Assembly (NCBI GenBank): GCA_964016885.1
Contig: OZ024741.1
Span: 392,956,001-393,020,000, forward strand
Origin: Eledone cirrhosa
Lineage: Eukaryota
Direction: 5' to 3'
Length of the DNA: 64,000 nucleotides
Shown here: positions 62,161 to 64,000 of the stretch, piece by piece
How the letters are laid out: every line of letters starts with the position of its first letter
Numbering within the stretch: position 1 is the stretch's first letter
Translations under genes and position numbers: made by a program
The notes under the pieces: model-generated
Databases searched by the model: none
The model's input: only the letters and a program-made list of their open reading frames with translations
Told to the model about the DNA's origin: nothing

Positions 62161-62429
62161 TATCTACACATATATATATCTATCTAATGTTCTGGTGACT
62201 AAGCTTGGTAGAGCTTACACTCAGCACTATATTTTTGTTTATAAAGGCTCTGATGATTCCTGCCCCATGGTATGGGGCAGGAATGAGTACATCAAAGAAT
62301 GAGTTTTACAGTAGATTGGAAGCACTCTACATAAAAATATTTTCCAGAGTTATTAATATTAAAATACAAATATTAATAAAATAGATGTTCTTTTGATCAA
62401 TTAAATTTTATTATACATATTTCAGAGGT

Positions 62430-62660
62430 ACAACAGTACATCCTCATCAGACAATGTTTTGGACAAAACTTCGGAATAATGGAGTTTACCGCAACTCAAG
62501 TATATCAAGTAGCTGCGCGCTTTGTACAATGGAGACCCTGTTGGTTATTAATAATTATGAGACCTTAATTAACAAAAAAAGTGAATTATTCTCTAATTGC
62601 CTTCATAAAGCTTTGTCTACATTTCAAGCCTCCCATAAGACCAGGAAAAAACACTAGGAC
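62430..62660 (+). pseudogene. PLE GIY-YIG C-terminal remnant
   Basis: CALCTMETLLVINNYETLINKKSELFSNCLHK resembles the CxLC..E..LLNKRSEL..CRH motif. Confidence 0.6.
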
Positions 62661-62846
62661 ACTAAACTTGGTCTTTAGACCTACATAATCAACAGTTGAA
62701 CATCTTCATGGCCTGTAATATTGCTTTATCTTATAACTATCTATACAAGAAATAACGTTTGATTGAATGACACTTGTTTAATAACATGCTGACACGTTGA
62801 TATACATAACATAATATTATTAACTTTGATCCATACCGTTATTTCT

Positions 62847-63150
62847 CTACCTTTATTTTTCTATCTATGTTTTAAATATAGTTCAAATATCCAACCTGTA
62901 ATTTTTTATGGAACTTATTTCAAACTGTGAATCATTCATGCGTTTACACTCCTTTATTTATTTATATATATGTATGTATTCAACTTTTGCATGTTTTTAA
63001 ATATACCTACCTTTATTTTTCTATCTATGTTTTAAATATAGTTCAAATATCCAACCTGTAAATTTTTACGGACCTTATTTAGAACTGTGAATCATTCATG
63101 CGTTTAGACTCTTTTATATATATGTATGTATTTAACTTTCGCATGTTTGA
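62847..63150. repeat. 160-bp tandem duplication
   Basis: CTACCTTTATTTTTCTATCTATGTTTTAAATATAG at 62847 and 63007. Confidence 0.85.
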
Positions 63151-64000
63151 ATCTATTATATAAGATTATAATCGTTATCATTGACCAAAAGTATGCTGTC
63201 TCATTAATACTTAGTATATCTCTCTATACCAAATTTTGTTTGCAATTATCTATATATTGTATAACATAATCTTATTATTAGTCACGTATATCTCAGCTTT
63301 TGGTTTTTTGCATCTATATCTATAGTGTACAATAACTTAATCATAATTACCGTTTCGGTTTAACGCTATATATAGTTTGTGCAAATATAGATATATTGTA
63401 GAATAACACATTTATTATTTAGAGTTCTTTCCTCCCATGAAGGTAGAACTAATATAGTGATTTAATATAATATAATAAATATTAATTTATTACGATAATT
63501 GCACACATATATATATATAAATATATGGCTGAAAACTATGCGTTAATCATTACACTTTAAACACTGTATCTACTTGACAATAAATTTTTCGAAATTTCTA
63601 ACAATAAGTACTTCATAAGCTTTACATACCGAAAATGTTGACACTCTTACAGGTAATTTTTGTTAAAGATTACATTTCAGGTGAATATTCAACAGTGTAA
63701 ATTTTCCTTTCGCGGGCCAAGTAAATCCTTTAATTTTGTTTTCATTAAATTCAGAATTTTAGAAATGTAACACTTTTAAAAAATGTTATTAAATTTATAA
63801 AATTAATAAATATAAATAACCATCAACTTTTAAAAACTCAAAATTTTTATTCTTCACCCTTAAATAACATAAATTAAATATTTTGAAACTTAACCGTTTA
63901 ATCCTTAAGGGGAAAAAAATGTTCTGCATATTATTACTCCCCTTTATCTCTCCCTCTCTTTAAGTATCTATCAGTTGCCTTCATAAACTGTGATAAAATT

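Overview
AT-rich eukaryotic repeat-dominated DNA with no recognisable host gene. Long (TA)n/(GT)n/(TACA)n tracts and the dense SINE family suggest a cephalopod such as Octopus (inference). Main contents: (1) a 3.0-kb hAT/Buster transposon with TIRs and an 8-bp TSD inserted in a decayed Tigger/pogo element; (2) a full-length Gypsy LTR retrotransposon with apparently identical 276-bp LTRs and TSD AAACC, inserted in a Penelope-like (PLE) element; (3) Tx1/L1-clade LINEs; (4) two R4/Dong-clade LINEs in different microsatellites; (5) six CRE-like RLE fragments; (6) RTE and Ingi/Vingi remnants; (7) tandem non-autonomous Helitrons and many SINEs. The most interesting layer is non-coding: a set of hammerhead-ribozyme (HHR) elements. 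It includes ~305-bp and ~340-bp retrozyme-like monomers with terminal redundancy, one with an inverted copy that spans the monomer junction. It also includes a conserved octamer/TATA-like module shared by two diverged HHR units, two diverged ~1.1-kb ORF-less HHR elements, a 2.3-kb inverted-repeat element with a U3-A8 variant HHR, and a family of ~160-bp hairpins with a conserved tail. All alignments and folds were done by eye; coordinates of decayed elements are approximate.
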